Source: Pachysolen tannophilus NRRL Y-2460
Taxonomy: Eukaryota
Direction: 5' to 3'
DNA length: 51,446 nt
NCBI GenBank assembly: GCA_001661245.1
Contig: KV454012.1
Coordinates: forward strand, 774,147 to 825,592
Notes under the pieces: generated by a model
Seen by the model: the letters and a program-made list of their open reading frames with translations, nothing else
Databases searched by the model: none
Told to the model about the DNA's origin: nothing
Program-made: the position numbers and the translations under genes
In this document: positions 10,804 to 20,677 of the stretch, piece after piece
How the letters are laid out: each line of letters starts with the position of its first letter
Numbering within the stretch: the stretch's first letter is position 1

Positions 10804-11319
10804 TCACCTCGAGTTTTTAGCTGTTTCATTCATGGCATTATCATAACTTGGTGGATTTTCAGTTGGCTCATCACCTTCTTGATTCGGCGAAATAGCCCCA
10901 TAATCAGCAGGTCTATTATGCTGTTGGTTCTGTTGGTTCTGTTGTTGTTGTTGTTGTTGCTGACTTAAAGCTCTTGCAGAAGAAACCGGTGATGGTACTT
11001 CAACATATACAGTATGAGTACAACTATGATGTAAATGTGGAGATTGTGGGTTAATATTTTCTGGACTACCTACTGCGACACCTCTTCTATCACTTGGAAT
11101 ATATAACCTTTGCTCTTCATCAATAACATAAAACCTATCTTCTGGATACTTTGAAATGATATACCATGAATGAATTAAACCTGGAATGTAACCTAGGATA
11201 CATAATAAGATATTAATTAATGAATCAGCAGAGCAAAGACCTCTTTTAAGCCAAACTGGAAGTGGTGGAAAAAAAATAGCCACTACAACTAATACACAAT
11301 CGCAACAGCAGCAACACAT
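10804..11319 (-). CDS. Pmp3/Sna-family proteolipid, Sna4-like
   Basis: AIFFPPLPVW..LINILLCILGYIPGLIHSWYII (Pmp3 domain), N-terminal Cys cluster, poly-Q, C-terminal PPSY. Confidence 0.85.
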   Translation of the reverse strand: MCCCCCDCVLVVVAIFFPPLPVWLKRGLCSADSLINILLCILGYIPGLIHSWYIISKYPEDRFYVIDEEQRLYIPSDRRGVAVGSPENINPQSPHLHHSCTHTVYVEVPSPVSSARALSQQQQQQQQNQQNQQHNRPADYGAISPNQEGDEPTENPPSYDNAMNETAKNSR

Positions 11320-11814
11320 CTTGAAATTAAAATGAAAATATATAAATCAATCTATTGATGAAAACAAATAAATTTGATTAATTAATAAAATAATTAGATA
11401 TATATTATATATATATATATATATAAATATAATTTATGATCATCATTTTTACTGCAACAACGGCTTTTTCTATTATAGTAAGACGCAGAAAAGAAAAAAA
11501 AAAAAAAAAAATTTTCTTTTAAAGGAGAAGTCCGCGGCGAGATGAAAGCCACTTCGGCGGGCCGACAAAAGGAGGGCAGGCCGGGGGAAGAAAGAGAAAA
11601 AATGAAAAAGTGAGTTAACGGGCGGGCGGGGTCCCTTGATGGCAAGTAGCGGCAGCCTTCGGTGAGCGGCAACCCTTAATGAGTTGGCCCGTTTCTTGGT
11701 AAGTCGGCCAGTCTCTCTCTCTTTACCTTATAAACAAAGATTATCAGCGAAACCGACTACCCGCGGCAAGCCGAAGGTGTATCTGTTTGATATAAAGAGT
11801 GTACGTGCGCTAGA

Positions 11815-11853
11815 AAATGTGTGGGCGCAAATGTGTGGGCGCCAAATGTGCAC
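11815..11853 (+). repeat. Tandem AAATGTGTGGGCGC x2 plus partial AAATGTGCAC
   Basis: Copies at 11815-11828 and 11829-11842; partial at 11844-11853. Confidence 0.85.
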
Positions 11854-12413
11854 GTTTTGTGTAAGCTTAAAAAAACAAGTTTACGCATTTGCGCATGTGC
11901 GCATGCTCGTATGTGCGTATATTCACTAGTTTTCCTCATTAGTAAAATGTGTAGCAATAAACACGACTACAATAGTTATTGTGTTGCGCATAAACTTGCA
12001 TTTATTATCCGTGGTAATCATTTATACTTTGTTTATCATTTAATAATTAGTAGTAATTAGCTAAAACTAGTTTGAAAAAGACAAAAACAAAAAAACAGAA
12101 AAGTATTAAAAAAGAAGCTAAAGTTGAGTGTTTAGTATAAAGATTGATGGTTTAGTGTGATGTTTTAAAGTTAGTTGTACAGAAGTCTAATTATAAACTT
12201 ATATATATATGTTAATTTTTTTTTTTGCATAAATTAATGCGAATAATAATTTGTAGTTTTATCTTTTTATGATATGTCACAATATAATTTTGATATATCT
12301 TGACCAAAAAATCATGCTCATCTGTCGCAGTCTTTAAAGGTTTCTCTATCTTTTTTTTTTTTTTTTTCAATTAAAGCTGTAAGAGTTGTTTAATAATCAA
12401 GTTATCATCAACA

Positions 12414-13460
12414 ATGGCACCAATCACCAGGTCAAAATCGACAAAAAATAATAACAACTTGTCGCAAGTTGTACAATCAAATTCTGTTTTATCATCTTCT
12501 TGTTCTAGTTTGGGTTCTGCAAATAGCGAACTTGATTATGCTCAAAATTTTGAGGAAGTTAGTTATGATATGGAAGAAAGAAGAGACCTTTTAAAAATGG
12601 AAGAATCTTCAGCTTGGGATTTACCTTCATTGATTGAAAGATCGGTAAAAGAAAAAGAAAAAGAAAATGAAAAAGAAAATTCAAAACTTCAACTCTCAAA
12701 AATTGAGAAACCGAAACTGAGAAAAAAGAGTAATGGACTTTTCGCTGATGAAGCTTTGGATTTATTTTTAATTCCAGCAGAAGAAAGTCCTTTAAAAGCT
12801 CCAAAGAGACTTACATTAAAGTCTCCAGTTGAAACAGAAATGAAATATCCCTGCCTTGAATTAACACCAAGAAGAACAGTTTCTGAAAATTTTTTCAATA
12901 ATTTGACTTTATTTTCACAAAATACAATTTTGGATTTTATTAACAATGAAAATGATAAATTAATTTTATTAAATGAATTGAAAAGAATTACTTCAAAAGA
13001 AGATTGTGATAATATGAAATTAATTTCAATATTATACTGTATTACCAATCCTGATAATGAAGTACAATTACGTTGGATTTGTGATAATAAGAATCAAATT
13101 TTATCATTTAAAAATGTACAGTTTTTCTTTAAATGGTTTGAAAGTTGCAAACTAAATGTTGAACATGGAATTGATGAACATGGGATTGTTGAACATGAAA
13201 TTGATGAAGAAGATAACGATTATGATGATATGAATAATATCGAAAATTCTCAATATTTCTTGATACAATCAAAAAAATTATCAAAAACTATTTTAAGTAT
13301 TTTAGGCTTTCTGATTTTCAATTTTTTCACAACAATTTTAACGTTAATATTAACTTGGTATTTATTACTTAAATTGGAATTTTTTTCAGAAAGACTGAAA
13401 GCTTTTGGAGAAATTATTTCAGTCATTATCACTATTTTCTTCAAATCAAATCAAAGATAA
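12414..13460 (+). CDS. Hypothetical protein with C-terminal transmembrane segment(s)
   Basis: 348-aa ORF with a good ATG context (acaATGg); disordered N-half with SP/TP sites; hydrophobic ILSILGFLIFNFFTTILTLILTWYLLL. No family recognised. Confidence 0.75.
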   Translation: MAPITRSKSTKNNNNLSQVVQSNSVLSSSCSSLGSANSELDYAQNFEEVSYDMEERRDLLKMEESSAWDLPSLIERSVKEKEKENEKENSKLQLSKIEKPKLRKKSNGLFADEALDLFLIPAEESPLKAPKRLTLKSPVETEMKYPCLELTPRRTVSENFFNNLTLFSQNTILDFINNENDKLILLNELKRITSKEDCDNMKLISILYCITNPDNEVQLRWICDNKNQILSFKNVQFFFKWFESCKLNVEHGIDEHGIVEHEIDEEDNDYDDMNNIENSQYFLIQSKKLSKTILSILGFLIFNFFTTILTLILTWYLLLKLEFFSERLKAFGEIISVIITIFFKSNQR

Positions 13461-13550
13461 ATCCTTATGCCTGTTCGAGATATACAGTTTTGTTGAGTTT
13501 TTCAAGCCACTTTTATATAGGTTGCTTGAATGGATTATATTAATCATATA

Positions 13551-15086
13551 TTATTTTTCAAAAGAATTATCACCGTCTTTTAAACTTAAAATGGCCCTAA
13601 CATCACTTGTGAATCTTAAACTGTTCAACAACGGTAATAAATTCATCAACTCCAAGTCATTCGGATCATTAATCCAACCTTCAATCATAATTCCATTCTC
13701 CCTGTTGAGGCTATAACTTATAGGTGAATTATCAATTATAATTATCTTTGATGGATCTAATTTCATCTCTTCTTGATCGTCAATTGTTACTTGCTGTGGC
13801 GCTTGTGGTGGTACTGAGGAAGACCTTGAAGAAGATGTATCAGATTCAGTGTCTGAAGTTTCAAAACCATCGTCATCCGATTTTCGCCTTCCCCTTCTCC
13901 TACTCTTATTTTTTTTATATTCCGTCTTTTCACCAGTTAAAATTGACAAATCTTTTATGTAACCTACTCCTTGTTCCCATTTACAATGATTTCTATAATA
14001 TCTTCTTTGAAATAAAAGGTTTTCATTCAATCCGATTGTTCCATTGGCATTATTGTCTTTAAAATTTTTTTTCCCTCTATTTCCTATAAAATCTTCTTCC
14101 AAGAAGTTGATAACAGGATCTGCATATTCCTTGATAGATGCAGTAAAACAAATCAAATCATACCAATTTCTAACAATATTTAAGAATTCATCAACAAATG
14201 GTCTTTTATAAATATAATATAATGTTGCTAATTGATTATTTAGCTTAATTTCAATCATCTTACCTTTAGATTTACTATAAACAGAAGAATTATGTGGAGA
14301 CAATGAATGTATTAAAGTTTCATCCAAGTCAAGTATTAAAGTTTTCCGTGGAACAACAGGTGGCGTAGACAAATTAAAATTATTATTAATTAGTAACCTG
14401 GGGAATACAAATCTTTGCTTTTTTGAATTCTTTTTTTGTTTCTTTATCAATTTTTTTTGCCGTATTGGTTCTTTAACATCCCGATTTGCAGGTAGATTTG
14501 TTGGAGATTTCAACCGATCTGACAATAATGTTGATGCAGATGGGAACTCAAATTCCAAGTCATCCTCTTCTATTGTAGATATGTTATCCACATATGCATT
14601 ATTATGTTCTTGGTTATGACGATGATCCACCCCAGTAGAAACCGCAAGATCCTTGTCATGAACTTCTATTAAGTCTTCTTGATCTTGTTGTTGGTCACCC
14701 ACTTTTTGATCTTCTACTGATTCTATGTTTGAACTCCCACGGAAAAGTGCCATTATAAATCTTATTGGATAAGTTATAATGAACAATAAGGCAAAAATTG
14801 GTTTAACAATCAAGAAATTCGGAAGGAAAAAAATCACATATACAAATCCTCTCCAAAAGCTAATCGACAGTTGCTCATCTTTATAAAAATCATCTTGTAA
14901 ATCTATATCTCCTTCATATTCCTCTTCTTCTTCCTGAATTTCAGCCAAAGGATTTTTTTGCTCTTCTCTTGTAACTATATCATTATCATCTTGTAACTCT
15001 AACTCTTGATTTCCCAGCACCAGACTAGGGTTCTTATTATGAAAAGCTTTATCAACAGTTGTGGCTAAAAATTGAATTGAATTCAT
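13551..15086 (-). CDS. NEM1: Nem1-Spo7 phosphatase catalytic subunit (FCP/SCP HAD family)
   Basis: N-terminal TM region, KTLILDLDETLIHS, KRPFVDEFL, FTASIKEYADPVI, IIIDNSPISY, LRFTSDVR. Confidence 0.9.
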   Translation of the reverse strand: MNSIQFLATTVDKAFHNKNPSLVLGNQELELQDDNDIVTREEQKNPLAEIQEEEEEYEGDIDLQDDFYKDEQLSISFWRGFVYVIFFLPNFLIVKPIFALLFIITYPIRFIMALFRGSSNIESVEDQKVGDQQQDQEDLIEVHDKDLAVSTGVDHRHNQEHNNAYVDNISTIEEDDLEFEFPSASTLLSDRLKSPTNLPANRDVKEPIRQKKLIKKQKKNSKKQRFVFPRLLINNNFNLSTPPVVPRKTLILDLDETLIHSLSPHNSSVYSKSKGKMIEIKLNNQLATLYYIYKRPFVDEFLNIVRNWYDLICFTASIKEYADPVINFLEEDFIGNRGKKNFKDNNANGTIGLNENLLFQRRYYRNHCKWEQGVGYIKDLSILTGEKTEYKKNKSRRRGRRKSDDDGFETSDTESDTSSSRSSSVPPQAPQQVTIDDQEEMKLDPSKIIIIDNSPISYSLNRENGIMIEGWINDPNDLELMNLLPLLNSLRFTSDVRAILSLKDGDNSFEK

Positions 15087-15264
15087 TCTGGATCAACAAT
15101 CCAGCCAGAATACTCCCCAATATTATCAACCAGTTCAATTAAATAAATTATATTAATATTTCATATGATCTTCTTTTCTAATGTCGGTGTTTATTTTTCT
15201 CTGTTAGGAGGTTTCGCAAAAAAACGCTAATAAAAAAATAAAAAGAAAAACAAAAATAAAAAAA

Positions 15265-15301
15265 ATGTTGGGCGGAAGATCCGCCCAACATATCCGCCCA
15301 A
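15265..15301. promoter_or_regulatory. Perfect 12-bp inverted repeat ATGTTGGGCGGA-aga-TCCGCCCAACAT plus third half-copy
   Basis: Arms 15265-15276 and 15280-15291; ATCCGCCCAA at 15292-15301; in the divergent NEM1/SDR promoter. Confidence 0.6.
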
Positions 15302-15461
15302 AATTAGGCCGAAACACCTGGGACTGATTAATCTAAGATGAGCGGTAACACCAAGGCGGGGACTTGCTCTTTCCAGGGTAGCAATACAACAATTGAATTT
15401 TGTCATCTATTCAATCTTCTAAACCAAATGTTGAGTTTAATGGTTGTTGAAAGTTTATGCC

Positions 15462-16283
15462 ATGGTTGAGTTGAATGTTAATGGGAAAGTTGCAATTGTA
15501 ACTGGTGGTGCTAGAGGGTTGGGTTTTTACTGTTCAAAGATTTTAGTTAAAGCAAATATCAAGAAATTAATCATTACTTCCAGAAACTTAAAAAATTTGG
15601 AAAGATCTAGGGAAGAGTTATTGAAGTTACTGGAGTCATCAGAAACTGAGATTTTAATTTTTGAAAATGATTTGTCTTCATACAAAGGTGTAGAGAAATT
15701 TTATCACCAAGTCTTGTCATTAGAGATAAAAAAAATTGATTTATTGATTTTAAATTCTGGAGCAACTTGGGGCGAGCCATTAGAAACACATCCCGAGTCA
15801 GCTTTACATAAAGTCTTTGACTTAAATGTTGTGGGTCTATTTCACACAATTCAATTGTTCACGCCAATGTTAACGGAAGCTGCTAGTGTAAGTCACTCTA
15901 GACCTTCCAGAATCTTGATAATTTCTTCGGTTGCAGGGTTGGTTTCTTCGTTTCCTACCCAAGGAACATACGGTTACAATATGTCTAAGTCAGCAATTAT
16001 TCATTTACTGAAAAATCTTGCTTTAGAGTTGGCACCTCAATTCAATATTAATGTTAACGTAATTTGTCCAGGATTTTTTCCAACAAAAATGTCTAATGGT
16101 GTTTTAGAAAAAAATGGACAAAATATTATAGACAATAATCCGAGAAGGAGACTAGGTATAGAAGAGGATTTAGAATATTTGGTATTGTATTTGTGCTGTG
16201 ATCAATCTAATTATTTGAATGGAGTAATTATACCCGTTGATGGAGGTAGTTATTTGGGTAATGCGGTAACCTCTAAAATGTAA
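15462..16283 (+). CDS. Short-chain dehydrogenase/reductase (RhlG-like fungal group), probably peroxisomal
   Basis: TGGARGLG, NSGATWG, YNMSK, CPGFFPTKM, VDGG; C-terminal SKM (PTS1 variant). First ATG is 15462; track start 15444 is TTG. Confidence 0.9.
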   Translation: MVELNVNGKVAIVTGGARGLGFYCSKILVKANIKKLIITSRNLKNLERSREELLKLLESSETEILIFENDLSSYKGVEKFYHQVLSLEIKKIDLLILNSGATWGEPLETHPESALHKVFDLNVVGLFHTIQLFTPMLTEAASVSHSRPSRILIISSVAGLVSSFPTQGTYGYNMSKSAIIHLLKNLALELAPQFNINVNVICPGFFPTKMSNGVLEKNGQNIIDNNPRRRLGIEEDLEYLVLYLCCDQSNYLNGVIIPVDGGSYLGNAVTSKM

Positions 16284-16770
16284 TCAGCAGGAATTCTCCG
16301 TTTTTTTTTTTTTTTTTTTTTTTTATCTAATTTGAGGCGAGCCTTTTTTGTTTCATCATTCAAATTATCCTTTTCTTTTGAACTTCTCGTCTTGTAGAAA
16401 TTGGCGAATAACTTATGACTAGAATTTGATGATAGTACTATGTATATGTGATAGCTGTTTAATCGTGCAGATGTAGTAATAAGCCGCACACAGGTGGAAA
16501 TGGCACTTTGTTAAGATAATTATGAAGTTTACATTCTTAAAATACATGATTCATTGAATTCAAGCTTTTGATTAATGACAAAGAAATGAGAAACTATATG
16601 CAAATACTTTTTTCTTTCTTAAGTAATATATATAAAAATCTATAGCTACTGAGCAGTTGTAGAGAGCAAAAAAAAAAAAAATGCAAATGAAAGGTGCGTA
16701 TATGTGTGAATGTGTATGTGTATGTGTATGTGTTTCTTTTTCTTATATTTATGTCTCGATCTTTCATCTT

Positions 16771-19014
16771 TCAGTATTCATTTTCATTATTTATAGTACT
16801 AATATCATGATTTCCACCTCTTAAAGGTTTGACCACCCTTAAATTCAACCCAACTCTATTACCACTTCTGATATTTTTCTCTAAAGAAGTAGGACTAGAA
16901 CTTGAATTGAAAAATGATGAACCTTCTGATATTTTCCTTGAGATAGAGAAAAATGACTGAGATGAAGAAGACAAGGTTGAATTAGTTTTTTGTTCTATAT
17001 TATGCAATTTTCGTTTATGGAGTTCATTCTGTAAATTAAGTTGTTCATTTTGTTTATTAAGTAACACTTCTAAATTTTTAATTCTTGAATTTTTTGTGTT
17101 TAATAAGTTATTCAAATTTTCACAGTTTTTTTTCAAGATGGAATTTTCATCTTTTAAACCATCTAATTTTGCTGATATTATATTAAATTTCTTATCCATT
17201 TTCATTATTTTCTTATTTGAATTTGGATCATTAGATGAATCATCATATTCATCCTTTAAACTATCATTTTCCAATTGTAATTCAATATTCTTATTAATAT
17301 TATTTCTTAAATCATTTAATAAAGAGCTATTTATTGTTTCTAATTCAGCTACTTTTAATTTCATTAATACCAATTCTTCTCTATTTCTAGTTAATTCTTT
17401 ATCTTTTAATTTCAATTGTTGTTGTCTAGAAGAATTATCTTCAACAAAAGTTGTATCATCATATCCATTAAATTCTTCATGATTATAACCATTATCATTT
17501 TGTTCAAATTTTTCAAATTTTTCAAATTTAATACCATTTTGAGCAAATTGTTTTTCCATAAAATGTATATATTTAATATTTTTAATATTTTTATTTTCTA
17601 AATCTGTAATTTTTAATTTTAATTGTAAAGAAGTTAATTCTTCATTAATATGTGCATTATTTTTAATTTTTTTAGCTCTAGCTCCAAATCTTAATGTTGA
17701 TAAAGTTTCTGAATCATTTAATGATGAAGGTGAACAATTTATTATTAATGTAGTTCTTGAATTTCCACCTAATGATTCTTGTAATATTCTAGTTAATTTT
17801 GAATCTCTATAGGGCACATGTTTTGATTTCCCATCTGTTAATGAATTAATAACATTACCTAATGAACTTAAAGAACTATTAATTTTTTTAGCTTCTTCTA
17901 AAGTTTGACCAGAAGCACCAGTTTTATCAATTTTTTCAGAACCTGCTAAATCAACTAAAAATAATTTTGAATTTTTAATTGTTCCATTTTCTGATATTGG
18001 TTTTTGTTGTAAATTTACTTTAAATATAGAATGTGATCTTGAACTTTCATCATTCATCTTAGTAGATGATACTGCTCTTTGTAAATTTCCTTTTTGAATT
18101 AAATCATAAATTTCTAAATTTGAAGAAACATAATAATTTGATAAATTTTTAACATGAATACCATTAATTTTATCTTCTTGAATTTTTAAATCAATGGTAT
18201 TGTTATTTGGATTCAATAAATCTTTAATTTTTTCATTATAAATTTCCATATAAGAAACACTTACAGTATATTCAACATCACAAGTACTTTTTTTAATACC
18301 TTCAAATATTTGATCACAAATCCTTGGAGTCAATCCTTTTGAAATGTCACTATCAATATCACCCATCATTGTATAAGTTTTACCAGAACCTGTTTGACCA
18401 TAACTTAATACTGTTCCATTATAACCATTTAAAAAATCTTCAATTGTTTGTTTAACAGAATAATTGAAAACTTCCATCTGTGTTGCATGCTCATCAAATA
18501 CTCTATCAAATGTGAACCCAACTTGAGTATTATTTGATTTCACACTTATTGAAGACTCATTTTGAAAATCCACCATCTTATGAGTATCTACTTCAATTTC
18601 ATTAAATGGTCGAAACCTCGCAATCACTTTTATAGAATTTTCATTACTACCGCCATTAATATTCCCATTCCCATTCCCATTACCACCATTTAGTACTAAT
18701 TGCCTCCTTACTGGCGAGTCCACATTTATTGGAGATGGTGTATTGGTAATGTTCCTCAATATACTATTATTATTATTATTATTATTATTATTGTTATTGT
18801 TATTGTTTTTACTGGTTGTAACAGCGCTTGCGCTAGCTATACCATTATTATTTTTGTACTTGCTGGGAGTCGAGTACAAAGTACTATTCAAAGTCAGTTT
18901 TTTCGGCGAACCGTATAAAGTGGACTGAGTTGAATGACCAGATTGACCGGATTGACCAGACCTTTGAGATAAATGCGATTTTGGAGTCGACATTGCAGAT
19001 ACATCTGATCTCAT
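16771..19014 (-). CDS. Kinesin-1 (conventional kinesin heavy chain / Smy1 group)
   Basis: SIKVIARFRP, YGQTGSGKTYTM, NDESSRSHS, LFLVDLAGSEK, HVPYRDSKLTRILQESLGGNSRTT; coiled coil; tail RVVKPLRGG. First ATG is 19014; track start is TTG. Confidence 0.92.
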   Translation of the reverse strand: MRSDVSAMSTPKSHLSQRSGQSGQSGHSTQSTLYGSPKKLTLNSTLYSTPSKYKNNNGIASASAVTTSKNNNNNNNNNNNNNNSILRNITNTPSPINVDSPVRRQLVLNGGNGNGNGNINGGSNENSIKVIARFRPFNEIEVDTHKMVDFQNESSISVKSNNTQVGFTFDRVFDEHATQMEVFNYSVKQTIEDFLNGYNGTVLSYGQTGSGKTYTMMGDIDSDISKGLTPRICDQIFEGIKKSTCDVEYTVSVSYMEIYNEKIKDLLNPNNNTIDLKIQEDKINGIHVKNLSNYYVSSNLEIYDLIQKGNLQRAVSSTKMNDESSRSHSIFKVNLQQKPISENGTIKNSKLFLVDLAGSEKIDKTGASGQTLEEAKKINSSLSSLGNVINSLTDGKSKHVPYRDSKLTRILQESLGGNSRTTLIINCSPSSLNDSETLSTLRFGARAKKIKNNAHINEELTSLQLKLKITDLENKNIKNIKYIHFMEKQFAQNGIKFEKFEKFEQNDNGYNHEEFNGYDDTTFVEDNSSRQQQLKLKDKELTRNREELVLMKLKVAELETINSSLLNDLRNNINKNIELQLENDSLKDEYDDSSNDPNSNKKIMKMDKKFNIISAKLDGLKDENSILKKNCENLNNLLNTKNSRIKNLEVLLNKQNEQLNLQNELHKRKLHNIEQKTNSTLSSSSQSFFSISRKISEGSSFFNSSSSPTSLEKNIRSGNRVGLNLRVVKPLRGGNHDISTINNENEY

Positions 19015-19146
19015 ATTCAAAGCAGCTTAAGGCAATACACACCAAACACAAACAGTAACACCAAACTAATAAAATTTTTTTCTTCCACTTTTTCCAATCT
19101 TGCCAACTTAATTTCACTTAACAAGCAAGACTCCAGTCCACACCAC

Positions 19147-19227
19147 CAAGAATCTCAAGAATCTTAAGAATCTTAAGAGTCCCAAGAATCCCAAGAATCT
19201 CAAGAATTTCAAGAGTTACAAGAATTC
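19147..19227. repeat. Degenerate 9-bp minisatellite (CAAGAATCT) x9
   Basis: caagaatct caagaatct taagaatct taagagtcc caagaatcc caagaatct caagaattt caagagtta caagaattc. Confidence 0.9.
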
Positions 19228-19266
19228 CAAACTGATGCTATTCCTAAAATTTTAGTTTTGTGTTAC

Positions 19267-19272
19267 ACGCGT
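19267..19272. promoter_or_regulatory. MCB element ACGCGT upstream of the kinesin gene
   Basis: Exact MluI box about 250 bp upstream of the ATG; a second ACGCG core near 19333. Confidence 0.4.
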
Positions 19273-19510
19273 TTACGATCGATACCAAAATAAAAAGAAA
19301 AAAGTTATTCAATTAGAAGATTAAAAAAAAAAACGCGCCAAATAAGGAAAGTGGTACTGAATTAGGAAAGAGTTTACATACAAACATAGATACAGACAAG
19401 CACAACTTACCGGAATAGGCAATCGGCGATTATAATGATGGAATGGATCGACCAACCGATCAAAGGTTTATTATATTACTATTTATCTAATTAATATAGT
19501 TAAAGTTCAG

Positions 19511-20677
19511 TTAGTTGATGACAAGTTCATATAGGACAAAAGGTTGATAGTCTGTATCGACCAAAGATGCGTATTCGTGCAAGTTAGAGTCCAAATCTTT
19601 TGATATTTTCCCATTTTTGTCAACAGCAAATGCGTTACCACCCAAATAACCATATTTATCTATTAAATCTTTTTTAGCTTTTGGTATAAATTTCAGAGGT
19701 AATTTAACCAAGAAATAATAAAAATTTGGCGGGAGACCATATCTTAAGACACTTTCTATAAAAATTCTTAACATTTTTAAATGGTACCAGTTTGATATAA
19801 TATCTGAATAAGAAGTTTTTGTAAGTCTTATTAAATCATTTTTCAATATTGATTCCAGTCTTGAAGCATTAGAAAATTCTCTTTGTAAAGAATCAATTAA
19901 TTCTTGTGAATAATTGAATTCTCTTGGAATCCATTTATGTTCTCTAGCTGCTGCCAAGAATTCTGGTACATATTTTTTAAATAGAGTAACATTAAACAAA
20001 TAAAATTCTGAATCTTCATTAATTATATTTGCTGATCTAGGTATAACAAATTGAGTTAAAGTTTCATATGAATGTAAAAAATCTGATTTTAAATTTTTTG
20101 GAACAACAATTAATAAAGTAGTTAAATGTTCTGAATCTAATACAAAATCTGATTTTTTAACAATATCATGTAAAGATCTAACACTTAAATCTCCAGTTTT
20201 TTTCCTTTCAGCAGCTAAAAGATTTGATTTTGCAACATTATAATTTGTGTATACACTTCTAACATCATTATCTAAATTTAAAGCTTCTGTAGAAATAGCT
20301 TCAATTAAATCTTTTAAAGATTTATCCAATCTAAATTTTGATGTATTCCATTTAAAATTTTCTATAAATTGTGTTACAGGTTTATCATTAACCAATTTAA
20401 GATTATTAACCAATTTAGAATCATAAATACTATTAAAAATATCTAAAATCTTACCAATTGAACTCTCCAATTGACCATCCAACTTACTTAAATCTTCACT
20501 TTGTTGAACTAAAGAATCCAAAGTACCAATCTTAAAATCTGGAAGTTTAAAAGGTATAACCTCCACATTTTTACCACCATTAATACTTGATACTAACCAA
20601 TTATTTAAAGAAGAAGCATTGATCGATACATTCTCAGGCAACGAGAGAACTAAATAAGTTGCCAATTGCTCCGACAT
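19511..20677 (-). CDS. VMA5: V-ATPase V1 subunit C
   Basis: PDFKIGTLDSL, AERKKTGDLSVRSLHDIVK, FVLDSEHLTT, ESVLRYGLPP, YASLVDTDYQPFV. First ATG is 20677. Confidence 0.97.
   Translation of the reverse strand: MSEQLATYLVLSLPENVSINASSLNNWLVSSINGGKNVEVIPFKLPDFKIGTLDSLVQQSEDLSKLDGQLESSIGKILDIFNSIYDSKLVNNLKLVNDKPVTQFIENFKWNTSKFRLDKSLKDLIEAISTEALNLDNDVRSVYTNYNVAKSNLLAAERKKTGDLSVRSLHDIVKKSDFVLDSEHLTTLLIVVPKNLKSDFLHSYETLTQFVIPRSANIINEDSEFYLFNVTLFKKYVPEFLAAAREHKWIPREFNYSQELIDSLQREFSNASRLESILKNDLIRLTKTSYSDIISNWYHLKMLRIFIESVLRYGLPPNFYYFLVKLPLKFIPKAKKDLIDKYGYLGGNAFAVDKNGKISKDLDSNLHEYASLVDTDYQPFVLYELVIN

Noticed and set aside
11394..12060. Four overlapping small ORFs
   Set aside because: Explained by local GC richness and repeats; most lack ATG starts.
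1..19014. ARL8-like gene and kinesin-1 as a functional cluster
   Set aside because: About 16 kb and nine unrelated genes apart; no evidence of co-regulation.
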